DNA of 64,000 nt from Potamilus streckersoni (GCA_016746295.1 JAEAOA010000822.1:758104-822103); one strand, 5' to 3'; positions 28,030 through 42,144 are shown, numbered from the stretch's first letter. Translations and numbers: made by a program. Notes: a model not told the origin generated them from the letters alone.

Positions 28030-28290
28030 ATTACACTTTCATGAGCAGCACACATCCCATTCCAGGAAGCAGAAATCCTATTCCAGGAAGCACAAATCTT
28101 AATTTACAGTAGATACAAATACTATTTTAGAAAAGTCACAAATTCTATACAAGAGAAGTCACAAATCCTATTACAGAGCGGTCACAAATTTTATTATCGA
28201 GGAACCACAATTTCTGTTCTGAGCAACAAATCCGATTTCATTAAAGCCACAAATCATATTACAGAGGCGTCACTAATCCTAAAGGATAAT
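28030..28290. repeat. Degenerate ~22-bp tandem repeats (...cacaaatcctattccaggaag...). The same family occurs at 49160-49560 and 63190-63700.
   Basis: Direct reading. Confidence 0.8.
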
Positions 28291-28914
28291 GTGCGCCTAG
28301 TGCCGACTTCCTTAAATGACACAACAGATTTGTATAGTTTCACTTAGCCATATTATTATGTGGAGATCCTATGCGTAGATACCATTCACTCACACTAAGC
28401 ATGTTTTGAGTTGTTCATTGACATTACACACCAACCATAACAGGAGTCTTTTGAATTTGTGCCAGATACAACATTAATGTATTCTGAGAGTAGCTCATTT
28501 AGATGTTAATTCAGTACAATACAAACCAATGTCTCTAGCACTTTGAAGTAACACTAACATAAAAATGAACTGAAAAGCCAAACTTGATGTGTCACAATCA
28601 TCAGATGATACTGAAAATACTTTATTACTAATTTGGCATCAATAGGGATTTTTATTCTTGGAGGCATGCCCTTTCCTCGATAATGAAGCAATTGGGGAAT
28701 AAAATATTATGCAAAAAAGGTATTCAGTGACTGTATTATCAAACTAATTCTTAATATCATTGATTATTTAATGTGACCAGCAAAATGCATGTGTGTACCA
28801 TTCACCTCAATGCAACAAACTTGTATCCCCAACAAAACAAAGCATATCCCCAAAAAATAGTATGGATTATTATGTATCCATGGACTTAAAACACACAAAG
28901 AACGTAAGTATAAA

Positions 28915-29520
28915 TTATCCTCTAATTTGAATCAAGTCTTTGCAATAACCACCTGCATGACAACATTGACATTGGTCTCTAACCTGACTCACGAAATTGA
29001 AATAAATAACTGTGACAACATTGACATTTTTCTCTACTCTGACTCCCATCTTTGTGATAACCAACAATTTGAGAACATTTATATTTTCCTCGAATCTGAC
29101 TCTCATATTTGTTATAACTAACACAATCTGGCACAATTGACATTTTTCTCTACTTTCTGAGAACGAGCAATCTGACAACATTGACATTTTCCTCTACTCC
29201 GACTCTCATCTTTATGTTAACCAACGATATGACAACATTGACATTGTCCTCTAACCTCTCATCATTGTGATAATCAACTGTATGACAAGATTGACGTTTT
29301 CATCTAATTTGACTCTAGTCTTTGTGATAACCAACTATAAGATAACTTTGACATTTTTCTCTGACTCTAGTTTTTGTGGTAACCAACTGTATAATACTGA
29401 CATATGCATCTCAACTGACTCTGGTATTTGTGATAAGCCAACTGTAATAAAACAGATTGTTTTCTGACTCACATATTTGTAATAAGGAAATATAAGACAA
29501 TATTGATATTCTGAGACATC
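28915..29520. repeat. ~60-bp minisatellite (unit ...tgacaacattgacattttcctctactctgactctcatctttgtgataaccaac...), about 10 diverged copies. Its paralogous array is at 50690-51330.
   Basis: Direct reading. The overlapping ORFs 28915-29187 and 28927-29121 are artefacts. Confidence 0.85.
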
Positions 29521-30032
29521 AGACATTCATTCAAACTAAAGACTCAGATATGATAGGCAATGCTTGGTAATTCAGCATATAATCCATCTAGATTGTTTTA
29601 AAATGTAATTCATTTTTTTTTGTTTCAAAGAGAGGCATAAGATTATTTTGAAAAACAACCAGTCCAAAGAATTTAAAGTGTAAAATTCTGTATAATGGAA
29701 GGATAAACTTTCTCCTGCAGTACATTTATGAGGAGTTTAAATACTACTTTTGTTATTAGGACCCCTGCAAGAAACAAACATTCCTATCACATCTGTCATA
29801 AGTGCTGGATTCCAAACTTACAGTGAAATATTCTGACAAATCAGCAAGCAGAATTTGTTAATTCTGAATGCAACCTAAAAGTATGAGTAATAATTCTACT
29901 TCCAACTGTTTTATAAAGTTTATAGAGAGAGGGGTCTGCTATTTTTCCACTTCATTTTCACTTCTTTGCAAAGAAAAGCTGACACAAAATATTGACAACA
30001 AATTAGATAGCAGCAAATAGATATAGCATGCA

Positions 30033-30035
<3 letters not shown>

Positions 30036-30098
<63 letters not shown>

Positions 30099-30330
30099 CT
30101 ATATTAAAGTATAGATTAATATATAGTATTAAAGTACATAATATTAAACTGCAAAATAACATAATAGGGAATATACAGTTTTAGCTGAAAGCAAAAAAGC
30201 TTGGACTTCTTTCAAAAACATCTTGCTTCAAAACTTAAATAATCCAATCATTTTTACAACAAAATATGTGAAAGTGAGCCAAGTAAAGCGTTTCATAGTT
30301 AATTTGTTGTTTCAATAAAGGAGCTAAAAG

Positions 30331-30398
<68 letters not shown>
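30036..30398. repeat. Two (AT)n microsatellites, at 30036-30096 and 30337-30398.
   Basis: Direct reading. Confidence 0.95.
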
Positions 30399-30401
<3 letters not shown>

Positions 30402-30989
30402 AGGATTTCTTATTAATTATGAGATAAAACTGGCAAATTTTGGAACAAGAGGATTTTTCAGAACTTGCATTTAAATCCCAAAAATTAGGTCACATGAACT
30501 CCTTTCCCATTGCAAGAACAAGACTTTTGTTGTATTTTGATCAAATTTTGATAGGGTCTTTGATATTAAATTCCATACAAATATTTAATATTGAAGAAAG
30601 AATAATGATTGGAACGTTATATACCTACTCTAAAAGAGAAATAATTGCTGTCCACAAAGATTGTTCGACTGTGGTGGGTGCAGAACACAATTAATTGCTC
30701 AGAAACCATTTTAGTTCTGTTAGATACAGTGGCTTTGACCTTTGGGCCTCAAGAGTGTTAGGATTTTTTCTAAACCAAAGTCTGAGTGATCAAAAAGTTT
30801 GGTAACTGTAGATGATGGAGAATTTAAGATACAAATGCCGAAATAGTTGTCTTCTTTTCACTAACAATATATTGTGACCTTTGACGGTTTAATCCTAAAA
30901 TCAATAGAGTTCTTCCTTAAATACAAGCCAATCCATAAAGTTGGGTAGCTTTACAAGTGTATGTGAGAGATATGGAGTTTTAACATAGC

Positions 30990-31270
30990 TTTAATAATTT
31001 GTTATCATATCACAACGATGTCTGCAGTATGGCCGTTCATAATGATGTCCAGCGCTGGGGCATCATTCTGCAAACGCATAACATCATGTCCCACCCATTC
31101 ATATTATCCTGACAATCGACCGACCAGTCGTAATACAAACCTCTTAATGCTAAGAGCCAAGTGAGGCAGCTGCTAATACCATTTTATAAGTCTCTGGTAT
31201 GACTCGGCTGGGGTTCATACCAGCAATATCTCGCATCTGGGATGGATGCTCTAATTACTTAGGCCACTGA
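30990..31270 (-). mobile_element. tRNA-derived SINE family 2, about 300 bp, minus orientation. Other copies are at 42440-42775 and 52905-53165.
   Basis: On the minus strand the tRNA-like head reads GGTGGCCTAAGTAATTAGAGCATCC...GAACCCCAGCCGAGTCATACCA. The conserved body is GGATAATATGAATGGGTGGGACATGATG. The three copies share roughly 80% identity. Confidence 0.6.
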
Positions 31271-32059
31271 AGCAATAAGTTCTTGTGCAGAAATGACATT
31301 GTTAACAGATTATAATATAATTCGCCTTCTGGCAAGAAATATATAAAAAAAGAAACAGATGATAACCAAAAGTCACAGATGGCAAAAAGGTCATACATGG
31401 AGCAAAAGGCATCATAAAGAATGCATTAACCTGCGCAAATAATCATTTTTTGTGATCAGTGGCATTTTTGTATCAATATTCATGGACAACAATAAATTGC
31501 AAACCAAATATGGTGGTCTTACCTCCTTCTCTTCAAAGTTACATTGTGAAGAGAGAATAAAGTCAAATTCATATGATTTCCAACAAAGCAATCAAGTTTC
31601 AAAGTAAATAAACATTTGGAATATCAGTATCAGCATAATATGGAAAGAAAAGTGCAATTACAAATTGTTAATCATAACATGCGTATGTTAAATTCTGACA
31701 TCAAAATATACACAAAACAAACAGGCATGTGTACCCTGCAGCTCAATTCCAAATCAACTATGAACATCGTAAAAATACAATAATTCTGCAATCGCACAGC
31801 AAAACACAAATACTTACTTGTAAACTTTTTTAGCAATAATAAGTAAGTGGCACATTGCTTAATAATCCTACATGCTGGCACTAAAGCCACTAAACTTAAT
31901 GTGCTGAAACCATTATGTTCTAAGAAAAATAAATGGCCATTACCTTTAGACCCTATAATCTATATGTTTCTTATTCCAGACGTTTATGCAATCCAGAGTT
32001 TGGTCAAGGAACACGCTCCAGAACAAAAGTCATATCAAATACATATTTCGTTTTAATAC

Positions 32060-32760
32060 AATGATCTTAACCTTTGACCTTGTGAATTCAAAAGTTCCTG
32101 GTCTCTTCCATACCTAAAGTGTAAGAGTTCCACAGGTCTCTTCCATACCAAAAGTGTAAGAGTTCTACTGGTTTCTTCCATATCTAAATTGCAGGAGTTC
32201 CACAGGTCCCTTCCATACCTTAAGTGCAGGAGTTCCACAGGTCTCTTCCATACCTAAAGTGCAAGAGTTTCACAGGTCTCTTCGATACCTAAAGTACAAG
32301 AGTTCCACGGGTCTCTTCCATGTATAAAGTGTAAGAGTTCCACCGGTCTCTTCCATACCTAAAGTGCAGGAGTTCCACAGGTCTCTTCCATACCTAAAGT
32401 GTAAGAGTTCCACATGTCTCTTCGATACATAAAGTACAAGAGTTCCACATGTCTCTTCCATATCTAAAGTGTAAGAGTTCCATAGGTCTCTTCCATACCT
32501 AAAGTGTAAGAGTTCTACATGTCTCTTCCATACCTAAAGTGCAAGAGGTTCACAGGTCTCTTCCATACCTAAAGTGTAAGAGTTCCACTTGTCTCTTCCA
32601 TATCTAAAGTGCAGGAGTTCCACGGGTTCCTTCCCTACCTTAAGTGCAGGAGTTCCACAGGTCTCTTCGATATCTAAAGTAGAAAAGTTCCACAGGTCTA
32701 TTCCATATCTAAAATGTAAGAGTTCCACAGGTTTCTTCCATACCTAAAGTGCAGGAGTTC
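32060..32760. repeat. 35-bp minisatellite (gtctcttccatacctaaagtgtaagagttccacag), about 20 copies. The paralogous array is at 54540-55180.
   Basis: Direct reading. The minus ORFs 32053-32728 are artefacts. Confidence 0.95.
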
Positions 32761-33129
32761 CACAAACCTTTCACCATGTTTACACCAAAGTTGTTTGGGT
32801 TTGTTCAGTAATAATGAGCTTGATGTCAAACTTCTAGATCAAAAATGTAATATACATTATCCATATCATTTAAAACAATAACCAAATTTCAGTCTTTCTA
32901 GTGAGCTTTCTATCATTTTTTAATTATATTTGCTATTTTACAAATACAGATGGATCTATTTAATATGAATTCAGTTCAAACACTACCCCATATAAATATG
33001 AAAGCCACCAAATTTCCTCATACACGTTTTTATATTTCTTGGTTACTATGAACCACATACTATGCAATGTTTGCATAAGTTGAAAAATATTCTTGTCTGA
33101 TTTCCATAAACTTGGTTGTAATATTCTCA

Positions 33130-33910
33130 GATATTATGATAGAATAACATGAGTGATTGCAGGGAACCTAAGCACAAAAAGTGCCATTTGAATTACTCTT
33201 AGCAAGAACGAAAACAAGTTTTCTTTAATAACCCCAATGTGTTGGCTTCCATTAGTCTCGAGAGACGATGGAAATGCGCCCATGAAAGGTGTCCCAAATT
33301 GTAGTTGTTCACCGTCTTCTGTGGCTATAAAGCCCCACACGGGAGTGGCAATCCTTGCTGCACTTGAAGTTTGAGTCAGATCTTGGTTGGAACTGCATCC
33401 TCTTTCTCTGAGATCTTTTCTCATCAGCGAGCTGTCGTAACATTTCCTCGCTGGCTTTCAGACCTGTGAACAAAGCATGTCGCCAGGAGGACTGGTCAAG
33501 GGCAAGCTCTTCCCAGGTGTTAACCTCGATCCCAAGAGCTTACATATCATGCTTGCAGACATCCTTGAAGCGAAGATGTGGCCGTTCGATTGATCTTCTG
33601 CCAGAGGCAAGCTTAGAGTAGAGGTCTTTGGGGATCCGTCAATCATCCATTCGACGCACATGGCTCAGCGACGTTGGCGGAGGAGTGTGACCATGCTGGA
33701 GATTTTGGCCTGTTGAAGCACCTCGTTGTTTGTCACACGATCGCTCCAGGTGATCCCGAGTATGCGACGGAGACAACGCATGTGAAAGGCACTCAGTCTT
33801 TTCTCCTGAGAGGCATACAGGATCCAAGTTTCGCTAGCGTACAGAAGATTGCTATGCACGCAGGCACGGTATACGGAGATCTTAGTGAGCTTAAATAAAT
33901 AAGTTAGCAA
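33130..33910 (-). mobile_element. 5'-truncated, decayed non-LTR (LINE) retrotransposon 3' fragment. It carries the RT C-terminal region and tail domain (FHMRCLRRILGITWSDRVTNNEVLQQAKISSMVTLLRQRR...RMDD; IPKDLYSKLASGRRSIERPHLRFKDVCKHDM*ALGIEVNTWEELALDQSSWR...). Frameshifts and stops are present.
   Basis: Minus ORFs 33665-33910, 33639-33827 and 33458-33661 in three frames together spell the widespread CR1/jockey-like LINE C-terminal motif. The fragment is present only in duplication copy 1; the corresponding position in copy 2 (about 55270) has no insertion. Confidence 0.65.
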
Positions 33911-35278
33911 TTTTTAGAATGTAAGGCATGTATCTCATTGTTCCTTCTCTATCCTCAAGGTGCTATTTTAATAAAACTAAGTAATTTTTTCTAAGAAAGG
34001 CAAGTGTTCTTTTCTGTAGCCATATGGTGCTTCACTAAATGAACTATGCAATTTCTACCAAGGAAGGTATGTACATTGTTTTTAAAATTTATCCATTCCT
34101 TTATAGCAATGCATGTTTTCCAAGTATTCTTTCTGTACCTCTAAGAAGATTTATTAAGCAGACTAAATAATTCTCACTATTTATTTTCTACGTAACCCTA
34201 ACACTCTTTGCTCAATAATATCAATGATTCTCTCACAGTTTGCTATCATAATTTAATATATAAAATTTTAAATGTGAAAAATAAAGCCAAATTCTCAGTT
34301 ATTGTGTTTTTATAAAATACGTTGTTATAATAGTAAATAATAACTAAACACTGGCATATGATTTTGGCCTTTATTCAACAGACTAACGACATATATTTTA
34401 TTAATATGATAACAGATCACAAATGGAATTAAACATTCAAGTTAATAACAAAAAATTCTCCTACATTCTCAAAAGTTAGCCTTTATCATATCAACTTTGT
34501 TTAAATTGTTAAAACACTAAAACTAAACTATTTTCTCGATAGTTTGAATATAATATTTTTATGAAATAAACTTATAATTTGTGATTATAAAATTAATAGA
34601 TATCTTACGAAAAGATTACATATGCTTGTATTGTTTCCTTGCAGCTAAATCATAATACAATCTTCGAACTGAGCACAAAATACTAAATAATATGGAATAA
34701 CAGTACTTTTCTTGGTTCTCTATCAAATTTGTAAAAACAAAAGTGTGAGCTACAAATATGAATGCCATAACCTGCAGACAAACTTAATGGGGTAATTATG
34801 CAGATTTAAAAAAAAACAGTGCATGTATTCAATTACATTATGAATAATGGTTTTGCACACCGAGGACTTTCTCATAATTTGAAGAATATATACAAATGCG
34901 ACAAAAATGGTTCTTAAAGGTTGAATGACTAATACCAGAATTAATCTACATTTTACGACTCAACCGTTGTTGTAAACCAAACGATAATTCAACACACTGC
35001 ATACGTTTTCCGAGTCTCACTTAGAAAATCATCGCCGTTGTCGTCATCATCATTAATAACAGCAATAACGCCAAAACAATAATAATAACAATTCCATCAC
35101 TGCGGCGGGGTGGCCTCAAAGTACAAATATTCTCCATTTTACGTGTACACATTTTACCCATTAGGTTACTTTATTTGCTTCATCTTTCTACCTTTATGAA
35201 TACATTATTTTAATGACCTTTCGTTTTAGATTATCTCTCTGATATTCATTTTTACACATTTGATTTCGAAATTGCCAG

Positions 35279-35450
35279 ATCGTTCAAGCATTTGCCAAAC
35301 TACAAAATTCGACATAGTGACTTGAGGAGGATTGGAAGGCTATACCTAATACCAATGGCTTTCAAAGTCATCTCAACATCCTGCTCCTATGAATCAATCT
35401 GCGTAACAAGAAATCCAACATGGATCAGTGGTGCAGTGTATTTACCAATT
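35279..35450 (+). pseudogene. Decayed paralog of the D8C first-half exon of copy B (compare 17337-17495). It is frameshifted and carries stops.
   Basis: The same acceptor context (ttgccag|atcgttcaagc) and about 70% nucleotide identity to 17337-17495. GW..NGF....C..R.P.W..G remnants are split across two frames, and TGA/TAA stops are in frame. Confidence 0.6.
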
Positions 35451-35499
35451 TTTTGTAACACTGTTATAACTGCATCACTTTAAATAAACTTAGCATATT

Positions 35500-36160
35500 A
35501 TGATTCTTATTAGTATAAGGAGAACGAGGATTAACAGTATAAGGAGGACGAGGATTAGCAATAGGAGGAGGAGGATTAACAGTATGAGGAGAACGAAGAT
35601 TACCAGGAGGAGAAGGACGAGGATTAACAGTAGAAGGAGAACGATGATTACGAGGATTAGGAGGAGGAGGATTAACAGTATGAGAAGGACGAAGATTAAC
35701 AGTATGAGGAGAACGAGGATTAACTGTAGGGGAGGATGAGGATTAACAGTATAAGGAGGACGAGGATTGACAGTATAAGGAGGACGAGGATTTACAGTAT
35801 GAGGAGAAAGATTATTAACAGTAGCAGAAGAACGAGGATTAACAGTAGGAGGAGAACTAGGATTACGAGGATTATCAGTAGGAGGAGGATTAACATTATG
35901 AGGAGAACAAGGATTAACAGTGGAAGAAGGACGAGGATTAACAGTAGGAGATGAATGAGGATCACGAGAATTATCAGCAGTAGGAGGAGGAGGATTAACA
36001 GTATGAGGGAGACGAGGATGAACAGTATGAGGGAGACGAGGATGAACAGTATGAGGGAGACGAGGATGAACAGTATGAGGAGGACGAGGATTACCAGTAG
36101 GAGGAGGAGGAGAATTAACAGTAGAAGGAGAACGAAGAAGAAAAAGAAGCAGGAGCAAAC
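35500..36160. repeat. ~24-bp-based tandem repeat (cagtat(g/a)aggag(a/g)acgaggattaa). It generates a proline-rich ORF on the minus strand and an Arg-rich ORF on the plus strand.
   Basis: Direct reading. ORF 35490-36212 (minus, 240 aa, PHTVHPRL repeats) spans it. Confidence 0.85.
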
Positions 36161-36649
36161 AGAGTAGAAGTTTCAACAGTAAAAAGAGTAGTTTTAATGA
36201 AAGCAATTTCAAACCCTACATTATGAAATAATCATTTATTTTAAATCATTATACATTTCAGCTAAAGATTTCTTTCGTGATTAAGAATATTTCCGTGGCC
36301 CATATTATCATTTACCAATATGGTTCGACGTCTTTAACGGCGATTTTTTCCACAAAAGCTGTTGTATTAGGTTTCAATCTTTCTTACTCAAAACGATAGC
36401 AAGTATATGGAAGACGTTTGAAAATGACTTTCTGTATGGCTTTGTTTTTCAATAAGTATGCATACAGATTTCCAACTCAGATTGTTATTTTTGCGATTCC
36501 CTCTTCAGTTTATCGCCATAATATCGGTTCAATTAATGCATTAATTAACATTTTACGTTCACGTGTGTGAGAGAGAGTCAGAGAGAGATACACAGAGAGG
36601 AAGGGGTGTATACGTCAGTATACTTGTTTGTTTTCAACGGTTCGATATG

Positions 36650-36790
36650 AACAGTACAATAAGAAATAATGACCAGAGGTGCATGTATAATGAATCTATC
36701 GTTCTGTTGTACTCTAACATTTGATTTAGAAGTATTCCACATACGTCGTTTATAATTTGACAAGAACGGTCAAAGTTACTGCACACTGCA
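36650..36790 (+). pseudogene. Decayed paralog of the D8C second-half exon (compare 18287-18448), with in-frame stops and an internal deletion.
   Basis: ...accagaggtgcatgt...tgttgtactctaacatttgatttagaagtattccacatacgtcgtttataatttgacaagaacggtcaaagttactgcaca..cag|gtgaag aligns to 18310-18450 with the downstream intron also conserved. Translation contains TAA/TGA. Confidence 0.6.
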
Positions 36791-36887
36791 CAGGTGAAGG
36801 ACTGCTAAAATAAATGACAGGACATGTTTATGGTTAAGATTGGCTGCCTCAATTGTTTTCATTCAGAATGATGAGAATGCCGCCTTC

Positions 36888-37098
36888 TTGTCGTTGCTGT
36901 TGTTTTTGTTGTTGTTGCAGATTTTTAAGCCATTTTTCAGCACAATATATGCTATACATGGCGGATAGTATAAATGGTGGAGGAAGTACCAAGCTTTCTC
37001 ACATACCCACATTGGCATCCGAGACTCGAAACCACACTGACAGAGGTGAGATGGCTGTGATCCGTAACGGTAAACGCTTTCTACCACTCGGGGCCCCC
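36888..37098 (-). mobile_element. SINE family 1 copy with a (GTT)n tail at 36888-36920.
   Basis: Similar to 53718-53967. Both members of the local duplication (36440-37260 and 41995-43100) carry it at the orthologous position. Confidence 0.6.
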
Positions 37099-39977
37099 GA
37101 GAATGCATTGAAGTAGTCTCACGCTTAAATTTTAGTACTGATATCAGGAACGGCCTTTGCAAACGCGGGGCCCAATTTTGGATCATTTTGACGACACCAC
37201 CACCACCACCATTTACTTTTTGAAAGCTTATGTGCCCAAAAAATGAATATACGGTTTTCATCTTTAATGGCCAAGATTAAAATATTTAAGTAGCTTACAT
37301 AATTTTCAGGTTTCATTTGCGCTGTGCTTTTTAGCCAATACCCTAGGTGAAATTGATTGTACTGTTTTCCCGGTACGCATTTGTCGTGTTCTTTTTGTTT
37401 TTGCGCCTCATTTGTCTACCAATCTGTAAAAAGTGCAAACTCTTTCCAAGTAAACTCACCCCTATTAAATGAGAACGAAACTGATTTGACAAATTACAAC
37501 AAAAAAAAACAGCACAAACCATTTTTGTAAATATTCTTCAGAATCTAAAAGTAAATTGTAACTTATGTTAAGCATCTAACATAGTAAATATTTAGTAAAG
37601 CATTTTTAAAAAGTGATTTCCGGTGGACAAATAATCATTGTTGTAGAACACTAGAATGTAACTTATAAAATCATGCCTTATTATTTAGCTACTATATCCT
37701 GAATAATATGGGTAACTATAAACCTGAGTCTGTGAAGTTTATCAGGAGTTATAAATAAAATATACATCTTAAACCCTGATACACTGGTGTATTATGCGAC
37801 AGCAGATCTGGATTTACACAATCTGCAGTTGGATCCGACTTACATGTGAGTATATATAATACATTAAATGACCATATTCTTCAAAATAGCTAAATTTTAC
37901 AGAATGATTTTAAAAATTAAGTCCCGGTGGCCTACATCAGTATACAGTTTAACGTGAATTATACGCGAGTATAGACAGTAAACTAATACCCGACTACGAA
38001 CTGATTTTTACATAACTGTAAATGTATATATTGGTCTCTTCTGAGATGATATACGTCTATCTCCATCATGTACACAAAAACATTAATACAATATCTGAAT
38101 TTTTTTAAAAAAATTAGTTTCTTTCTGTTCGGATTACTTGCCTGATCTTAAATAGGCTTACTTTTACTTTTTAGGAGTATTTTATGACACTGTACTCAAA
38201 TATGCGATTTTAGTGTACGTGTATTATGTGATGGCGATATCAATGACTAAACGGGACACCAAGTCGATTGGGTGTCATTTCGTTGACTTTTCAGTATTAT
38301 ATTCCTACAAAGCTGGCACTGTTTCATCCAAAAGAAAACTGGAGATGGCACTATTAAAAAAATTCCGTGAAAGTAAGCATAATATGATTTACGCGAAATA
38401 TAATTATTCAAACTGAGGTTCCTCCACTACATTATAAACGATTTCATAACCAATGTAATTTTGTTATTTGCTCTAAGCTAATGATTATTCTTACTTTTAA
38501 CAACAGGATTTCTTCCTTTATATCAAGATTAACGAGGTTCATGTTACAACCTCTCTAAAGATCTCGACTGTATTATTTTGCACGACCCCTTTAATCTGGG
38601 CCTTCATAAATAATTATTGATTGTAACTATTGTCCATGAAACTGATGACAATATTCTCACTGATCATGGTTGCATAAATTCTTCTATTTCAAGATGCGTT
38701 ATACCTAGTGGTGCTCGCTGTCGTTTTCTTTGTGTAGGAAGAGCTGACATTTTCGCAGCTTAGGGTTGTGCTGGTGGTACATGAGTTTTCAGAATAGATG
38801 TTGAGGGCAGATTGCGGCAGTGTTCGAAGAGACTATGCAAAGTAAATAAAAAGGTTTTGTCGTGGTGGTAATGGTGGTGGTCATCGTGCTGTTACAGCTG
38901 ACCGTGTAAGATAATATTCTGATCCAGGTACAGATGCCAACAAGATTTGCTTCAAAATATTTGTGACGCTTTATAATAAAGGCATACATTGCAAGTCTTA
39001 TTAAGGTCTTTTCAGTTTCTAGAGTGCTAAAAAGCTAAGATATATGGATACAAAATCACCCCATAAATATGTACTGATCTTTTTCATAGTAATAGTCTAC
39101 AGGTCTAAGTTTATCTTCATGGCATGTGTTTACACTTCAAATCTGATCAAAATCTGAAAAGAAATAGGGACTCAAGAGTGTTTGCAATCTCAAGTAATCT
39201 GATTCAAGATAACCATATTTATATACTTAGATCTTGCACATAACATACAGTTTTGCTGCATTCATGATAATAGCATTCATACTCTGATTAAACTAAGACT
39301 ATAGCTTTTACAAACGAGTACGGTCAGATGAGGGACGGCGTGCAAACGATAAAAAGCCATTATAAGATCATGTGACGACTGGTTAGATGAGTTACCGTAT
39401 TTCATGTAAAGTTTTGTACACGAAAAGATAATTAATCAGAGTATGAAGCAATATATGTAAAGTAAATGAGTAATATTCTGAAGTATTGACCGTGTACGAA
39501 TAATAAAGCGATCGTACTTAAGCAAGGCCAACGGAACACACGATACTCGACAACCAAGCTGTACTTATATAAAAAAGGAACTTACAATTTCTTCTCATTC
39601 TGCTCTCACCTCAAGAATCCAATTACAATAAAGTAAAAGTTCTCAAAAAACTTTTGCTGCTATTAATGCTTGTTTGTGTGCATGTGTGAGAGAAAAAGAG
39701 TGAAATACGTTGTTGAAATGATAATGTCTGGGTGTGCAACTTTATCTGCGTTCAAAGCATACTTCATTGGAGCCCTTGTGGTGTCGGAAAAATAATAAAG
39801 ATGTATTATGTATGTACGTGTATTATTTATGGGTATTAATTATCGGTAAATGGTAATCAAAGATATGAGCCAATATATTATCAAGAAGTTAAGTGCAACT
39901 TTACAGCAACAGTGACGTCATTATGAAATTGCAATAAAAAAAATCTTAAACGAACTCATAAGACATGATTTTAATGA

Positions 39978-39978
39978 A

Positions 39979-40030
<52 letters not shown>
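39978..40030. repeat. (GT)n(GA)n microsatellite. A (GA)n also lies at 42076-42142.
   Basis: Direct reading. Confidence 0.95.
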
Positions 40031-40034
<4 letters not shown>

Positions 40035-42075
40035 GTCAGTGTGCAAGCTCATGCTTTTTGGAAACAGATTTTTTTTCTATATTTTGGAGAACGAGAAAAA
40101 AGATCGGTTACAGGTAAACAGTTATCTGTATTTTCGATTACCTGTCAATTGTGGTTTTCATTATCATTTAATATCTCTAAATCAACAATTCGTTCTTATT
40201 TTACTTATGATACATATTGTCACAAGAATAGCATGGCTGTTCTAAGGACAAACGATCACACACATCACTTATTCATATTCTCCAATAAGGATAATAATAA
40301 AGGGGTGTATCGTAAAATAGATTTTCGATGCAATGTTAATTACATCCAAGTTGAAATAATACAAACGCTTCAAAGATTAAATATAAGACATAAGGCTGGA
40401 CGTACTTATTTTTACATACATCAGCTGTTTCCTATATTTAAGAAATTATTTTGTTGCCTTTGAAGCCAACAAAATAATTAAAAGTCAATGTCAAATTGTA
40501 TGTATTTCTCCATGTCAATCTTCCCATAAAGATGCAAACTAAAATTTTGTAGCAAAGAATCCGATGTTCGCTAATTGTTTCATGACACAAATATATGATA
40601 AAACTAAGACTAAACAAATTATAAAATTCTACTTAGCTATTCCAATCTTGCCTGGTAGAATGAAAATTCTCATAAGTAGTATTACTCGCATTGGTTTACT
40701 GTCTGTAAGGTCTTTTTTATTAAGATTTCTTTGGACGATCTAAACTGTAGGTAATTGAATTTATTTTTACATTTACCACTTAAACATTATCAAATTCTAC
40801 ACTGTTCACACCTATAATTGAATGCTAAAGTATTATTTCGGATCTAATTAACATAAAGACAATTTGAAAAACTAACAGATTTATAAAATATGGTACTCTC
40901 TTTTCTTGTCTTTAAATGAAAAGAACGTTTTGACATGGAACGGAAAGTTCAGAACGTCTACTCCATTTGTAATAGATTCGGTTGAGCCCACTTTTAATGC
41001 TATTATTATAATAAGATTATATTGTAGTCATTTTCAAAATGCAAAACTAGACGATTTTATATCTCAATAAATGTTTACCTTGTTAGTAAAGATATATGCG
41101 TCTTCATGTTGATACTAAAATTGTTTCAACGATTATTTAAACAAGCATTATGTCGAAATGTTTGGTAGCATAACAAAATTACCAGCCATAATTTATATGA
41201 GTGCATCACTTATTCACTGACTTCCTACTGTTAAGATGTTTGCAGACCGAAATGCGTGCAGCTGTCGAGTGTTTCAAAATCATGCAAAGTGACTGTGTTT
41301 ATACATTGCAAGCATATTACAAACATATCATAAATTAATCATACAGTTTTTATTGATGCTAATAACAGTTTTATTTATCACCACCACACACATTGTTTTA
41401 AGATACCGTAATGATGACTTTAGTTTCATTTTAACCTCAGTCAAATGAGTTTGAGATCTATTATCAAAGATAAAACTATTTTCATAGATGCTTAATTTAT
41501 GATGAAATAAAACTGGCAGCCACCTCGGTGTTTCAAGTGTTTTTCAAGTTTTTTAATGCTTTAGTTTATTTACCGAATTATTCATGCTGATACGGTTTTC
41601 TGTATTGCACATTATAAAGCATACAATAATAAACAGAGAAGATATTGCAATCTATTAAAGAGGCGTTCTTTTCAAACTCAAGCAATTGTCCTGTATTCAG
41701 TGCAATATAATAGTTACCACATATTAATCGTGTATTTAGCTGTTTACTTACATTTCGTCAGTCTATGTTACGCAAGTATATCTGAGGGTATGAACGAGTA
41801 AGTCTTCTTTGATGATACATCAATAGATAATAAAAGTTTTTTGAAACAGACGAAAGCAACTTTTTAATTTTCTGTAAACAAGTGTCATTTTATAAAAGGT
41901 TTACAATGAGCAAAGCAAATCACAGTATGTGAGAATGTTGTTGTTTTCGAGTTTAACGCCATTTTTCAACGCATGATACGCTTTACAAAAACGGGTTGTT
42001 ATTTTTGCGATTTTCTCTTCAGTTTGTCGCCATAAAATCGGTTCAATTAATTAACATTTTACGTTCATGTGCGTG

Positions 42076-42144
<69 letters not shown>

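Larger units (their letters stand above)
26900..34085. repeat. Segmental duplication, copy 1 (about 7.2 kb). It is the direct paralog of 47597-55430.
   Basis: Colinear homology along the whole length: 26902 to 47597, 27361 to 48310, 29600 to 51490, 31280 to 53225, the 35-bp minisatellite 32060 to 54540, and 33938 to 55268. There are copy-specific indels. Confidence 0.8.

Noticed and set aside
32060-32760. CRISPR-like appearance of the 35-bp repeat array, and of the arrays at 54540-55180 and 55890-62400.
   Set aside because: The units are contiguous tandem repeats with no unique spacers. They sit in a eukaryotic context and are duplicated as part of a segmental duplication. They are minisatellite and satellite DNA.
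36853-37261. Overlapping ORFs of 87 and 132 aa on opposite strands.
   Set aside because: They overlap a SINE family 1 copy and its (TTG)n tail. They are low-complexity Cys and Gly runs from repeats, not genes.
39978-40463. 161-aa ORF.
   Set aside because: It starts inside a (GT)n(GA)n microsatellite, has no recognisable domain or splice context, and its composition is typical of AT-rich non-coding DNA.
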